Assembly: GCF_018381315.1 (NCBI RefSeq)
Contig: NZ_JAGZSD010000003.1
Coordinates: 135,313-199,312 of the forward strand
Direction of reading: 5' to 3'
DNA length: 64,000 nucleotides
Source: Anaerostipes sp.
GTDB lineage: Bacteria > Bacillota > Clostridia > Lachnospirales > Lachnospiraceae
The notes under the pieces are model-generated. The model was not told the DNA's origin, ran no database searches, and saw only the letters and a program-made list of their open reading frames with translations. Within the stretch, counting starts at the first letter, position 1. Each line of letters opens with the position of its first letter. The position numbers were made by a program, and so were the translations under genes. Positions 28,474-37,106 of this stretch are shown here, one piece after another.

Positions 28474-29509
28474 ACCTAATCCTCCAATCTTTTAAAGCAA
28501 GAGCAGTTGTAACTCCATGTTCTGCCTGCTTCCCTGCAATCAGCCGTCCGCCGTCTCCGGCCGCAAGCACGGCACTTCTCTCACAGACATTATCTGCTCC
28601 TGTCACTCTGCTGACAAAGTCAGATGCAGAAAATCTTCCCCCGGCCTGCATCAGCTCCCCGGCAGAAAATGTTGTAAAGGAAAGATTCTGTTCCCTGCAG
28701 AAAGCAAGGATGCCCTGCTCTTCCCTTTTCAGATCAATGCTTGCTGCCTCCCCAACCGCACACAGTTCAATCTGTTCCTTTTTCAAAATCTCCATCACTG
28801 ACTGCCGGATGATGTCTGCTTTTGTTTCTTTCCTGCATCCGATCCCCAGCACCACTGCCTTTGGTACAAGCCTCAGTGTACGCGGAAAAGGACGGCAGTT
28901 TTTTCTTACAGAGATACAAATGCCAAGCTCCGTATCCGTTCCTACCGCCAGTCCCCCGGGGAGTTCCCCTGATACAGGAAATTCACTGTAAAACCCAACC
29001 GGAATTCCTGCCAGAAGAGAAGCAGATATTTCTTTTGCCATTCCAAGATCGGTGATGTACAGATCATTTTCCTTTGCAAATAAATCGACTGCGAACAGCT
29101 GATGAACATCAGTTGCTGTGGTGATGACCGGGACAGCGCCGGTAACGGATGCTGCCTGTTCTGCCAGACGGTTGGCTCCCCCGAGATGTCCGGACAGCAG
29201 CGGCACGGCAAAAGTTCCTTTTTCATCAATGGCTGCCACAGCCGGATCTGTATCCTTGCTGCTGACACAGGGAGCAATCGCCCGCACTGCAATGCCGCAG
29301 GCTCCTATAAAAAGAAGGGCATCTTTTTCGGAAAACTGCCTTCTGGCCCAGTCTTTTAACGGCTCTTCAACGAAGAGTACCTCTTTCTCCTGAATATACC
29401 GGGATTTTACCGAAATCTCTGTCTCATGTCCGTACTTTTCCAGCCCATCCTTTAATGTATATGCAAGGGCCAGCCCCTGCCGGCTGAAACAGATAACAGC
29501 GGTCTTCAT
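28463..29509 (-). CDS. cbiG: Cobalt-precorrin-5A hydrolase
   Basis: CbiG-type N- and C-terminal domains (MKTAVICFSRQG...). Position between cbiF and cbiH. Confidence 0.85.
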   Translation of the reverse strand: MKTAVICFSRQGLALAYTLKDGLEKYGHETEISVKSRYIQEKEVLFVEEPLKDWARRQFSEKDALLFIGACGIAVRAIAPCVSSKDTDPAVAAIDEKGTFAVPLLSGHLGGANRLAEQAASVTGAVPVITTATDVHQLFAVDLFAKENDLYITDLGMAKEISASLLAGIPVGFYSEFPVSGELPGGLAVGTDTELGICISVRKNCRPFPRTLRLVPKAVVLGIGCRKETKADIIRQSVMEILKKEQIELCAVGEAASIDLKREEQGILAFCREQNLSFTTFSAGELMQAGGRFSASDFVSRVTGADNVCERSAVLAAGDGGRLIAGKQAEHGVTTALALKDWRIRFES

Positions 29510-30267
29510 TCAGACCTTCCTTCTCTATATCCGGTTGTAAACTCCGGATGATAAAGTCTGGATCTTTTATAGTGGTGATGGGAAACAGCATCCCCTACAA
29601 TAATCAGGGCTGTCTTTGTAATTCCGTACTTCCCTGCAGTCTCGGAGAGTGTCCCAACAGTGCACAGCAGGGTCTTTTCATCCTCCCAGGTTGCCTTATA
29701 TACAATAGCCGCCGGTGTTTCCAGAGAATATCCTCCATCGGCCAGTCTCCCGGACAGTTCTTCCAACATACCTGTGCTTAAAAAGATGATCATTGTGGCC
29801 TGATGGGCTGCAAAGGATTCAATGCTTTCCTTTTCCGGAACCGGAGTCCTCCCTGCCATTCTTGTAATGACCACACTCTGGGATACATCCGGAAGGGTAT
29901 ATTCCAGATTCAGAGCAGACGCAGCTCCGCAGAATGAGCTGACACCGGGACAGGAATCATAGGCAATTCCTTTCTCATCCAAAAGGTCCATCTGCTCCCG
30001 GACAGCACCATAAAGGGACGGATCTCCGGTATGCAGCCGGACAGTGTCTTTTCCTGCTGCTTCCCCCTCCATCATTACCTGAAACACTTCCTCCAGAGTC
30101 ATCCCGGCACTGTTATAAATCCTGCATTCCGGCTTTGTATAGGAGAGAAGCTCAGGATTCACCAGAGAGCCTGCGTAAATGACAATATCTGCTGTTTCCA
30201 AAAGCTGCTTTCCCCTCAGAGTAATTAAATCTGGCGCTCCAGGTCCCGCACCTACAAAATGAATCAT
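29506..30267 (-). CDS. cbiF: Cobalt-precorrin-4 C11-methyltransferase
   Basis: MIHFVGAGPGAPDLITLRGKQLLETADIVIYAGSLV signature. Confidence 0.9.
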   Translation of the reverse strand: MIHFVGAGPGAPDLITLRGKQLLETADIVIYAGSLVNPELLSYTKPECRIYNSAGMTLEEVFQVMMEGEAAGKDTVRLHTGDPSLYGAVREQMDLLDEKGIAYDSCPGVSSFCGAASALNLEYTLPDVSQSVVITRMAGRTPVPEKESIESFAAHQATMIIFLSTGMLEELSGRLADGGYSLETPAAIVYKATWEDEKTLLCTVGTLSETAGKYGITKTALIIVGDAVSHHHYKRSRLYHPEFTTGYREGRSE

Positions 30268-30959
30268 CTTGCGTCCTCCTGTTCCTTTACGATAATCAAA
30301 GAATAATACCCTGCTTCCCGGGGAATTTCCGCCGTGCTTTCATAGAGTCTCTCATCCCCCATACCGCAGTTTTCCACCATTCTTCCGGCAAGGTTTTCCT
30401 GGACCAGTTTTTCCTTCAGCTTCGGCAGATTTTTCCCAGCCTTCATAAATACCTTTGTCCCCGAAAGCTTCAGACAGTTTTCAACTTCATAGGCTGCCGG
30501 AATAATATGAAGCGGCTGGTTTTTTTCCGCAAGTCCTGTGTCCATCCTGGCTGCCGCTGCACAAAAGGACGGTATCCCGTTTATAATCTCCGCTACAAAT
30601 CCCTGTGTTTTCAGCATTCTGTGAAGATAAAGATAAGTAGAGTATACTGTAGGGTCCCCTAATGTTAAAAAAGCCACATCCTTTCCCTTGGAAAGACAGC
30701 TGCCCAAAACTCCGGCACCTGCCTCATGGCTTTCCCGGAGCCTGTCCTCATCTTTAGTCATAGGCATATGGATTCCCACTAATTCTTTCTCTCTGATCTC
30801 CGGGCATGCCTTTACCGCAATCTGAAACGCTGTGCTTTCCTCCGGCTGCCTGCCGGGAACTGCAATCACACTGCATTCCCTGATTTTGCGCACCGCTTTT
30901 AAGGTCATAAGCTCCGGATCTCCGGGCCCCACTCCGATTCCATATAATATTCCGCTCAT
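30264..30959 (-). CDS. cbiL: Cobalt-precorrin-2 C20-methyltransferase
   Basis: MSGILYGIGVGPGDPELMTLKAVRKI. RBS GAAGGAGA before ATG 30959. Confidence 0.85.
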   Translation of the reverse strand: MSGILYGIGVGPGDPELMTLKAVRKIRECSVIAVPGRQPEESTAFQIAVKACPEIREKELVGIHMPMTKDEDRLRESHEAGAGVLGSCLSKGKDVAFLTLGDPTVYSTYLYLHRMLKTQGFVAEIINGIPSFCAAAARMDTGLAEKNQPLHIIPAAYEVENCLKLSGTKVFMKAGKNLPKLKEKLVQENLAGRMVENCGMGDERLYESTAEIPREAGYYSLIIVKEQEDAR

Positions 30960-32104
30960 TTTATCTCCTTCAGTCTCTTCCATAATGTATCTGTGTGTTC
31001 TGTCTGTCCAAGGAATCCGTAAATATCGGAAAACACCACCGCCCCGGTCATGATTCTTCCATAAGTCCGCCGGGAAAGGTTCTCTCCGATTCTCCCCAGC
31101 ACATCGTCCATGGCCGGTTTCAAAAGCCCTTCTGAATGCAGATGGCCGAGAGCTTCCTCCGTTGTCTTTGTCCCAAGGATCTCCTTTACTGTTTGAAGTC
31201 CTGCGCCGCTCCTTACAGCCGCCGCTGCCAAAAGTTCCGCCCGGCAGTCTGCCTCTCTGGAATGGGTATTCATGATCCCTCCTGCCAGCTTGATAAACTT
31301 ACCGATATGTGAGACAAACAACAGGCCTTCTGCCCGCAAATTTACTGCCATGTCAATGGATTCACCGACAAAGTTGCTGCACTTTAATATGCGGTCCTGT
31401 CTTATTCCATACTGAGCTTTCACAAAATCCGCTCCATAATTTCCTGGTGTCACCAAAAGGAAGCCGTTTCCCTCACAAAGGCGGATCCGCATCTCTGCTT
31501 CCATACTTTTTACTAACGCTTCCTCACTCATAGGTTCTACGATGCCGGTAGTTCCAAGAATTGAAATCCCGCCCTCAATTCCCAGACGGGGATTGAACGT
31601 CTTTTTTGCGGTTTCTTCCCCCTCCGGGGTCCACACAGTGACCAGCAGTCCCCCTTCATAATCCGATCGGTCAAGAACCTCCCGGACAGCTTCCGTAATC
31701 ATCTCCCGGGGCACCCGGTTGATCGCTGCCTCCCCCGGCGCCTGAGAAAGCCCTTTTCTTGTAACTCTTCCGACCCCCATTCCCCCTTCAATCAAAATTT
31801 CAGGAGAAGGGATCTTCTTTACATCCGCATAAATATGAATGCCGTCTGTCACATCCGGATCATCTCCTGCATCTTTTACAACACAGCAGGACACTGAATC
31901 CTCCCATGCTGTGACATCCTCCAAGTCAAGAAAGAGCCTGATCCCCGCAGGAGTCATCAGAGAAACTTTCTGCTCCCTGCTGCCCAGAAGAAGGATTTCT
32001 GCTGCTCCCCTGGCCGCTGCTGCCGCACAGGATCCTGTCGTGTATCCGCACCTTAACTCCTTATTCTGTTTAATCACCACACAGCTTTCTAGTCCTTTTC
32101 CCAT
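30956..32104 (-). CDS. cbiD: Cobalt-precorrin-5B (C1)-methyltransferase
   Basis: LRCGYTTGSCAAAAARGAAE CbiD signature. Confidence 0.9.
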   Translation of the reverse strand: MGKGLESCVVIKQNKELRCGYTTGSCAAAAARGAAEILLLGSREQKVSLMTPAGIRLFLDLEDVTAWEDSVSCCVVKDAGDDPDVTDGIHIYADVKKIPSPEILIEGGMGVGRVTRKGLSQAPGEAAINRVPREMITEAVREVLDRSDYEGGLLVTVWTPEGEETAKKTFNPRLGIEGGISILGTTGIVEPMSEEALVKSMEAEMRIRLCEGNGFLLVTPGNYGADFVKAQYGIRQDRILKCSNFVGESIDMAVNLRAEGLLFVSHIGKFIKLAGGIMNTHSREADCRAELLAAAAVRSGAGLQTVKEILGTKTTEEALGHLHSEGLLKPAMDDVLGRIGENLSRRTYGRIMTGAVVFSDIYGFLGQTEHTDTLWKRLKEIK

Positions 32105-32119
32105 GAAAAATTCCCCTGC

Positions 32120-33400
32120 CTATGGCTGAAAATAAGAATCCATTGCCTGAAGGATCTGATCCACGTCTGACTGCTCCATGGCATTGTTAAAGAAAACAGC
32201 TTCAAACTGAGACGGGGCCAGATGAATTCCGCGGTCCAGCATATAATGAAAATAGTCTGCAAATGCCTTTACATCTGAGGTTTTTGCTTTTTCATAGTTG
32301 GTGACCGGCACATCTGTAAAAAACAGACAGCTCAAAGATCCGGTCCCTGTAATCTGGCATTCTGCACCATGTTTTTTCAGGATCTCCTTCACTCCGTTTC
32401 GGAAGGACACACCCAATTCATCCAGATGTCCATATATCTCGGGATTCTCCTTTAAGATTGTAAGTTCTTTCAGTCCAGCCGCCATGGCTACCGGATTGCC
32501 GCTCAGTGTTCCTGCCTGGTAGACACTTCCCAGAGGAGCGATCATCTCCATGATCTCCCGGCGCCCGCCGTAGCATCCCACCGGCATTCCGCCTCCGATG
32601 ATCTTTCCGAAGGTGGCCAGATCCGGTATAACACCATAGGTCCCCTGTGCCCCCTGAAGGCCCAGCCGGAAGCCGGTGATTACTTCATCGAAAATCAGAA
32701 GGGTTCCGTTCTGCGTACAGATGTTTCTCAGTTCTGTTAAAAATCCTTCTTCCGGCAGCACCACTCCCATGTTGGCCGCCACCGGCTCTATGATCAATGC
32801 CGCGATCTGGCCCTTATTATCTTCAAACAATGTCCTCACGCTGTCCAAATCATTGTATACCGCAGTCAGGGTATCCTTGGCGCATCCCTTTGGCACGCCG
32901 GAACTGTCCGGAATTCCTGCAGTCATCACTCCGGACCCTGCCTTAACTAACAGTGCATCAAAATGCCCATGGTAACAGCCTTCAAACTTAATGATCTTAT
33001 CTCTTCCGGTGAATCCCCTGGCAGCCCGGATGGCACTCATCACTGCCTCAGTTCCGGAATTGACCATGCGGACCATATCAAAGCAGGGAACCAGTTCACA
33101 GAGCAGTTCTCCCATCTCCACCTCAATTTCCGTGGCTGTGCCGAAACTCAGCCCATTTTGGGCAGCACTGACCACAGCTTCCTGAATCTCCGGATGATTA
33201 TGTCCCAAAATCATCGGTCCCCACGAACCAATGCAGTCTATATAGCGTTTTTCATCTTCGTCATACACATAGGTGCCCTCCGCTTTTTTAATAAAGCGGG
33301 GACAGCCTCCCACAGACTGGTAGGCTCTGACCGGGCTGTTGACTCCTCCCGGCAGCACCCGCTTTGCGCGTTCAAACAGGCTTTCTGATCTGGTCATCAT
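32120..33400 (-). CDS. hemL: Glutamate-1-semialdehyde 2,1-aminomutase
   Basis: LFERAKRVLPGGVNSPVRAY and PLP-aminotransferase class III motifs. Confidence 0.9.
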   Translation of the reverse strand: MMTRSESLFERAKRVLPGGVNSPVRAYQSVGGCPRFIKKAEGTYVYDEDEKRYIDCIGSWGPMILGHNHPEIQEAVVSAAQNGLSFGTATEIEVEMGELLCELVPCFDMVRMVNSGTEAVMSAIRAARGFTGRDKIIKFEGCYHGHFDALLVKAGSGVMTAGIPDSSGVPKGCAKDTLTAVYNDLDSVRTLFEDNKGQIAALIIEPVAANMGVVLPEEGFLTELRNICTQNGTLLIFDEVITGFRLGLQGAQGTYGVIPDLATFGKIIGGGMPVGCYGGRREIMEMIAPLGSVYQAGTLSGNPVAMAAGLKELTILKENPEIYGHLDELGVSFRNGVKEILKKHGAECQITGTGSLSCLFFTDVPVTNYEKAKTSDVKAFADYFHYMLDRGIHLAPSQFEAVFFNNAMEQSDVDQILQAMDSYFQP

Positions 33401-34380
33401 CCGATTCTCCCTTCCTTCATAAATCCGGCAATCTCCTTGGCAAAATAGGTCAGCAGAATATCACAGCCTGCCCGGTAGATTCCGGCTGCTGTTTCACAGA
33501 TCATCTGATCCTCATCAATCCATCCTTTCGCAGCTGCCGCCTTAATCATTGCATATTCTCCGCTGACACTGTATGCAGCTACGGGCAGATCCACCGTATT
33601 CCGCACTTCCCTTACAATATCCAGATAAGAAAGCGCCGGTTTTACCATAATGATATCTGCTCCCTCCTGACAGTCCTGTTTCACTTCTTTTAAGGCTTCC
33701 AGACGGTTGTGATAATCCATCTGGTAACTTTTCCGGTCCCCGAAAGAAGGCGCGGACCCGGCAGCATCCCGGAACGGTCCATAAAACGCAGAGGCATATT
33801 TGGCCGCATAGGACATGATCGGCACATCCGTGCGGCCGTTTTTATCCAGCAGATGTCTGATCTCACGGACCCGGCCGTCCATCATATCGGAAGGGGCCAC
33901 CATATCAGCTCCTGCCTGCACCTGGGACAGGGCAATCTGTGCAATGACCGGAAGTGTCTTATCGTTGTCCACCTGTTCTCCGTTCAGAATGCCGCAGTGG
34001 CCGTGCGAAGTATATTCACACATACAAACATCTGTAATGTAATAAAGATCCGGTACTTCCTTTTTCGCTTTCACAAGTGCTTTCTGAATAACGCCGTCTT
34101 CCGCCCATGCTCCGGTACCGCACTCATCTTTTTCTCCCGGTATCCCAAACAGCATGACACTCGGCACACCTGCATCTGCCATTTCTGTGAGAACTTCCGG
34201 CATACGGTCCAGGCTGTATCTGTACTGGCCGGGCATGGAAGGAATCTCTTCCTTTTTACCTTCCCCTTCCGTCACAAAAAGGGGATAAATAAGAGAAGAT
34301 GCATCCATCCTTGTCTCCCGCACCATTTTCCTCAATACCGGCACGGACCGGAGTCTTCTTGATCGTACTGTCATATCCAT
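33397..34380 (-). CDS. hemB: Porphobilinogen synthase (delta-aminolevulinate dehydratase)
   Basis: RRLRSVPVLRKMVRETRMDASSLIYPLFV N-terminus and active-site lysine region (MVKPALSYLDIV). Confidence 0.9.
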   Translation of the reverse strand: MDMTVRSRRLRSVPVLRKMVRETRMDASSLIYPLFVTEGEGKKEEIPSMPGQYRYSLDRMPEVLTEMADAGVPSVMLFGIPGEKDECGTGAWAEDGVIQKALVKAKKEVPDLYYITDVCMCEYTSHGHCGILNGEQVDNDKTLPVIAQIALSQVQAGADMVAPSDMMDGRVREIRHLLDKNGRTDVPIMSYAAKYASAFYGPFRDAAGSAPSFGDRKSYQMDYHNRLEALKEVKQDCQEGADIIMVKPALSYLDIVREVRNTVDLPVAAYSVSGEYAMIKAAAAKGWIDEDQMICETAAGIYRAGCDILLTYFAKEIAGFMKEGRIG

Positions 34381-34404
34381 TCTACTTCCTTCTTTCTATA
34401 TCAT

Positions 34405-35286
34405 TTATTCCGATTTGATCTGCTTTGCAAGGCAGCGGCCAAGTTCTTCCGCATTCTGAGGATTTCCCCCGATGCTTCTTTTCCGGTATGTCTCCGACGT
34501 CTCATCATAAAAAAGTCCGGTAAGAGAAAGCTTCTTTCCGGTCACTGACGCGTAGGCCGCAATCGGAGACGAACAGCCCCCGTCCAATGTCCGCACAAAA
34601 CTCCGCTCTGCCAATGTAACAAGCTCCGTCTGCCTGTCATGAATACAGGAAAAAAAGGACCGGTCAAAATCTTTTCTCACCTGAATGCACAGGGTCCCCT
34701 GCCCTGCCGAAGGCAGCATCTCTTCCACTGAAAAATATCGGCTGATCCTATCCTGAAGCCCTGCCCTGCAAAGCCCTGCAGCTGCCATAATCAATGCCGA
34801 ATACCGGCCTTCATCCAGCTTATTGAGCCTGGTATGGATGTTTCCCCGGATACTCTGAAAACTTGCATCCGGAAACAGCTTTTTCGCCTGCAGTACCCTT
34901 CTTGCACTGGAAGAACCGATTACCTGACCTTTGTCCGTTCCGGACTCTGTAACAGGCAGCACCAGAACATCTCTGGGATCCCCCCGTTTCGGAACCGCTG
35001 CAATGGGAAGCTCGGAAGAAATCTCCATAGGAAGGTCCTTCATACTGTGGACTGCCATATCAATCCTGCCGTCCAAAAGTGCCTGATCCAGTTCCTTAAC
35101 AAAAAGCCCCTTTCCGCCAATCTGATCCAATGTTTTATTCAATATTTTATCGCCGGTGGTCTTCAGTGTCACCAGTTCTATTGTAAGCCCCGGATAATAC
35201 TTTTTTAACTGCTTGATCACAAGCTCTGTCTGGGCCACGGCCAAAAGGCTTTCGCGGCTGCCGATCCTCAATCTTTTTGGTTCCAT
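34405..35286 (-). CDS. hemC: Porphobilinogen deaminase (hydroxymethylbilane synthase)
   Basis: LRIGSRESLLAVAQTELV...TTGDKI signature. RBS CAGGAG before ATG 35286. The longer ORF start at 35403 is rejected. Confidence 0.85.
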   Translation of the reverse strand: MEPKRLRIGSRESLLAVAQTELVIKQLKKYYPGLTIELVTLKTTGDKILNKTLDQIGGKGLFVKELDQALLDGRIDMAVHSMKDLPMEISSELPIAAVPKRGDPRDVLVLPVTESGTDKGQVIGSSSARRVLQAKKLFPDASFQSIRGNIHTRLNKLDEGRYSALIMAAAGLCRAGLQDRISRYFSVEEMLPSAGQGTLCIQVRKDFDRSFFSCIHDRQTELVTLAERSFVRTLDGGCSSPIAAYASVTGKKLSLTGLFYDETSETYRKRSIGGNPQNAEELGRCLAKQIKSE

Positions 35287-35726
35287 ATCATACTCCTGAT
35301 TCTGTCTGCTGTCTGCTTTGTTTTTTTGTGGTCCGTACCTCCCGATGTGACACCAATAACAATATCCCCGTCCTTTATGACAGAAGGAAAATAAAAACTG
35401 CACTCCTCCTTGCAGTCACTGATATTAACCGGAAGCTTTCTTTTTCCGGCCTCAGCAAAGACCGCATGATTGACTTCTCTGCTGTCGGTTGCCGCAAACA
35501 CCATGTCAAACCCGTTCAGATCCCCGGGAGCATACGGCCTTTGTATCCACCGGACGAACCCGTTATGTATCATTTCCTCTATGCCGCTGCATACGGAAGG
35601 AGAGATGACCGTTACCTGATTATGAAACATCCGCAGGGTACTGAGCCTGCGCAGGGCTATGCTGCCCCCTCCCACCATGACAAGCTTTAAATCCTGAATG
35701 TCAATATATAACGGAAAATAGGCCAT
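35268..35726 (-). CDS. Precorrin-2 dehydrogenase / sirohydrochlorin ferrochelatase-like (CysG N-terminal domain, SirC/Met8-type)
   Basis: FPLYIDIQDLKLVMVGGGSIALRRL Rossmann signature typical of the siroheme synthase N-domain, about 150 aa. Confidence 0.75.
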   Translation of the reverse strand: MAYFPLYIDIQDLKLVMVGGGSIALRRLSTLRMFHNQVTVISPSVCSGIEEMIHNGFVRWIQRPYAPGDLNGFDMVFAATDSREVNHAVFAEAGKRKLPVNISDCKEECSFYFPSVIKDGDIVIGVTSGGTDHKKTKQTADRIRSMIWNQKD

Positions 35727-35736
35727 TTCATCCTCC

Positions 35737-36966
35737 TTAATAAATACTTACTTCCTCTGCAGAAGCTTCCAGAGACTTTAAAACCTGCTGCCATTCTTCT
35801 CTTGGAAGGATGTCCTTGAGCCCAAAGAGAATCCTCTCTACCGCCGATGATGATGCTCTCTCAACCTCCTGCTTTAACGCACAGACATCTGCTCCCTCTT
35901 TGCGAAGCTTCTTATAAGATTTCTTCAGTTTGGCGCTTGTCAGGTCTGCAGCTGCACTGCCGACTGCACGGACCAAAGGAATATAGCTTCTGAAGTAATA
36001 CCAGTTAATAAATTCACCGGTCTGTTCCCGCAGAATCTCCCGGGCTTTTTTCATCTCTTCGCCGTTTACCGATGTCTGAATCCCCAGATCGTCCATACTA
36101 AGCAGCCGGCAGCCCGGAAGTTGGGCCAGTTTTGGATCCAGATCCCTGGGCACTGCCAGATCCGCAAACACATAAGAACGCTGTTTTTGAAATACCTCTG
36201 CAGCCTGCTGTGCCTGAACTGTATAGTGAGGGCTTCTCGTAGCACTGAAAATAAAATCCATAGATCCCATAGCTTCATAGCGTGCTTTATAAGGAATAAC
36301 CCCGCAGCCTGCCGGAATCAGTACATCTTGTTTTCTATACTGTCTCAAAGTCATGGAAACCTGGGCTTTTTTATGTACAAGCCATGAAGCCAGCAGACGG
36401 CCCATCTCTCCATTGCCTATGACCAGACACTGCTTCTCCCTAAAACTCCCATATCGTTCTTCCAGGATTGACACTGCTCTCTCCGGGACAGAGGTGTCTC
36501 TGCTGCCGATCCGCGTGTCTGTCTTGACTTTTTTTGCCGCAGTCACAGCCATTCTGAACAGCGTGTCCAGCACCGGGTCCGGCTTACAGCATTCCCTTGC
36601 CCGCTCCAGGGCGTCCCGGACCTGGGAGATGATCTGGTCTTCCCCAAGGATCTGGGAATGGATCCCGCTGGCCAGTTCCATAAGATAAAATACTGCCTCT
36701 TCATCTTCCCTGCAGACAAACAGGCTGCGTTTGGAATCCTCCGTTATGGAAAGCTGTGAAAACAGGTAATCCAGAGGATCTCTGTCCAGATGATAAAACC
36801 ACAGTTCAGTCCGATTGCATGTTGACAAAACAATACAGGAGGCCTCAGGGTCTGCTTCCTTCACAGACTGCATAAAACGGACTGCTCCCGAATCTGTAAA
36901 CGCAAAGGGTTCCCGCTCGTCCACCGATGCCGTATGATAATCAATTCCTATCATCGAAAGTTTCAT
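35737..36966 (-). CDS. hemA: Glutamyl-tRNA reductase
   Basis: MKLSMIGIDYHTASVDEREPF...LSTCNRTELW signature. First gene of the operon. Confidence 0.9.
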   Translation of the reverse strand: MKLSMIGIDYHTASVDEREPFAFTDSGAVRFMQSVKEADPEASCIVLSTCNRTELWFYHLDRDPLDYLFSQLSITEDSKRSLFVCREDEEAVFYLMELASGIHSQILGEDQIISQVRDALERARECCKPDPVLDTLFRMAVTAAKKVKTDTRIGSRDTSVPERAVSILEERYGSFREKQCLVIGNGEMGRLLASWLVHKKAQVSMTLRQYRKQDVLIPAGCGVIPYKARYEAMGSMDFIFSATRSPHYTVQAQQAAEVFQKQRSYVFADLAVPRDLDPKLAQLPGCRLLSMDDLGIQTSVNGEEMKKAREILREQTGEFINWYYFRSYIPLVRAVGSAAADLTSAKLKKSYKKLRKEGADVCALKQEVERASSSAVERILFGLKDILPREEWQQVLKSLEASAEEVSIY

Positions 36967-36993
36967 AAATAACTCCTTTTTATATCTGAAAGA

Positions 36994-37023
36994 ATTTTAG
37001 CACGTTTTGTGGAAAGTCCGCAA
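36994..37023 (-). promoter_or_regulatory. Promoter of the hem/cbi/cob operon
   Basis: Minus strand -35 TTGCGG (37018-37023), 18-nt spacer, extended -10 TGCTAAAAT (-10 at 36994-36999), RBS AAAAAGGAG. No B12-riboswitch-like element is present in the 140-nt leader. Confidence 0.5.
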
Positions 37024-37060
37024 CTTTATTGCTCAATATCTCTTACAAAACATCTATAGG

Positions 37061-37105
37061 GAAAGAAAAAGGAAGGCTGTCCCGTTTGGCAGGACAGAGC
37101 TTCCC
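37061..37105 (-). terminator. Rho-independent terminator of the GGDEF-EAL gene 37107..39215
   Basis: Minus strand GGAAGCTCTGTCC-loop-GGACAGCCTTCC followed by TTTTTCTTTC. Confidence 0.7.
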
Positions 37106-37106
37106 T

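Noticed and set aside
34405-35403. Long 332-aa version of hemC, plus extended N-terminal versions of cobQ, cobD, cbiB, cobC, cobU-like, cobT, cbiJ, cbiL, sufS, sufC, GPH, TIM barrel and SDR
   Set aside because: Upstream extensions are Cys/Arg-rich translations of the preceding gene's 3' end in another frame. Internal ATGs preceded by GGAGG-type RBSs, and start/stop overlaps typical of coupled operons, were chosen instead.
36967-37106. Searched the hemA leader and all cob-operon junctions for a cobalamin riboswitch
   Set aside because: No B12-box-like element or conserved riboswitch stems were recognisable. The region is fully accounted for by a promoter, an RBS and the terminator of the upstream gene. 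cmsearch with RF00174 would be decisive.
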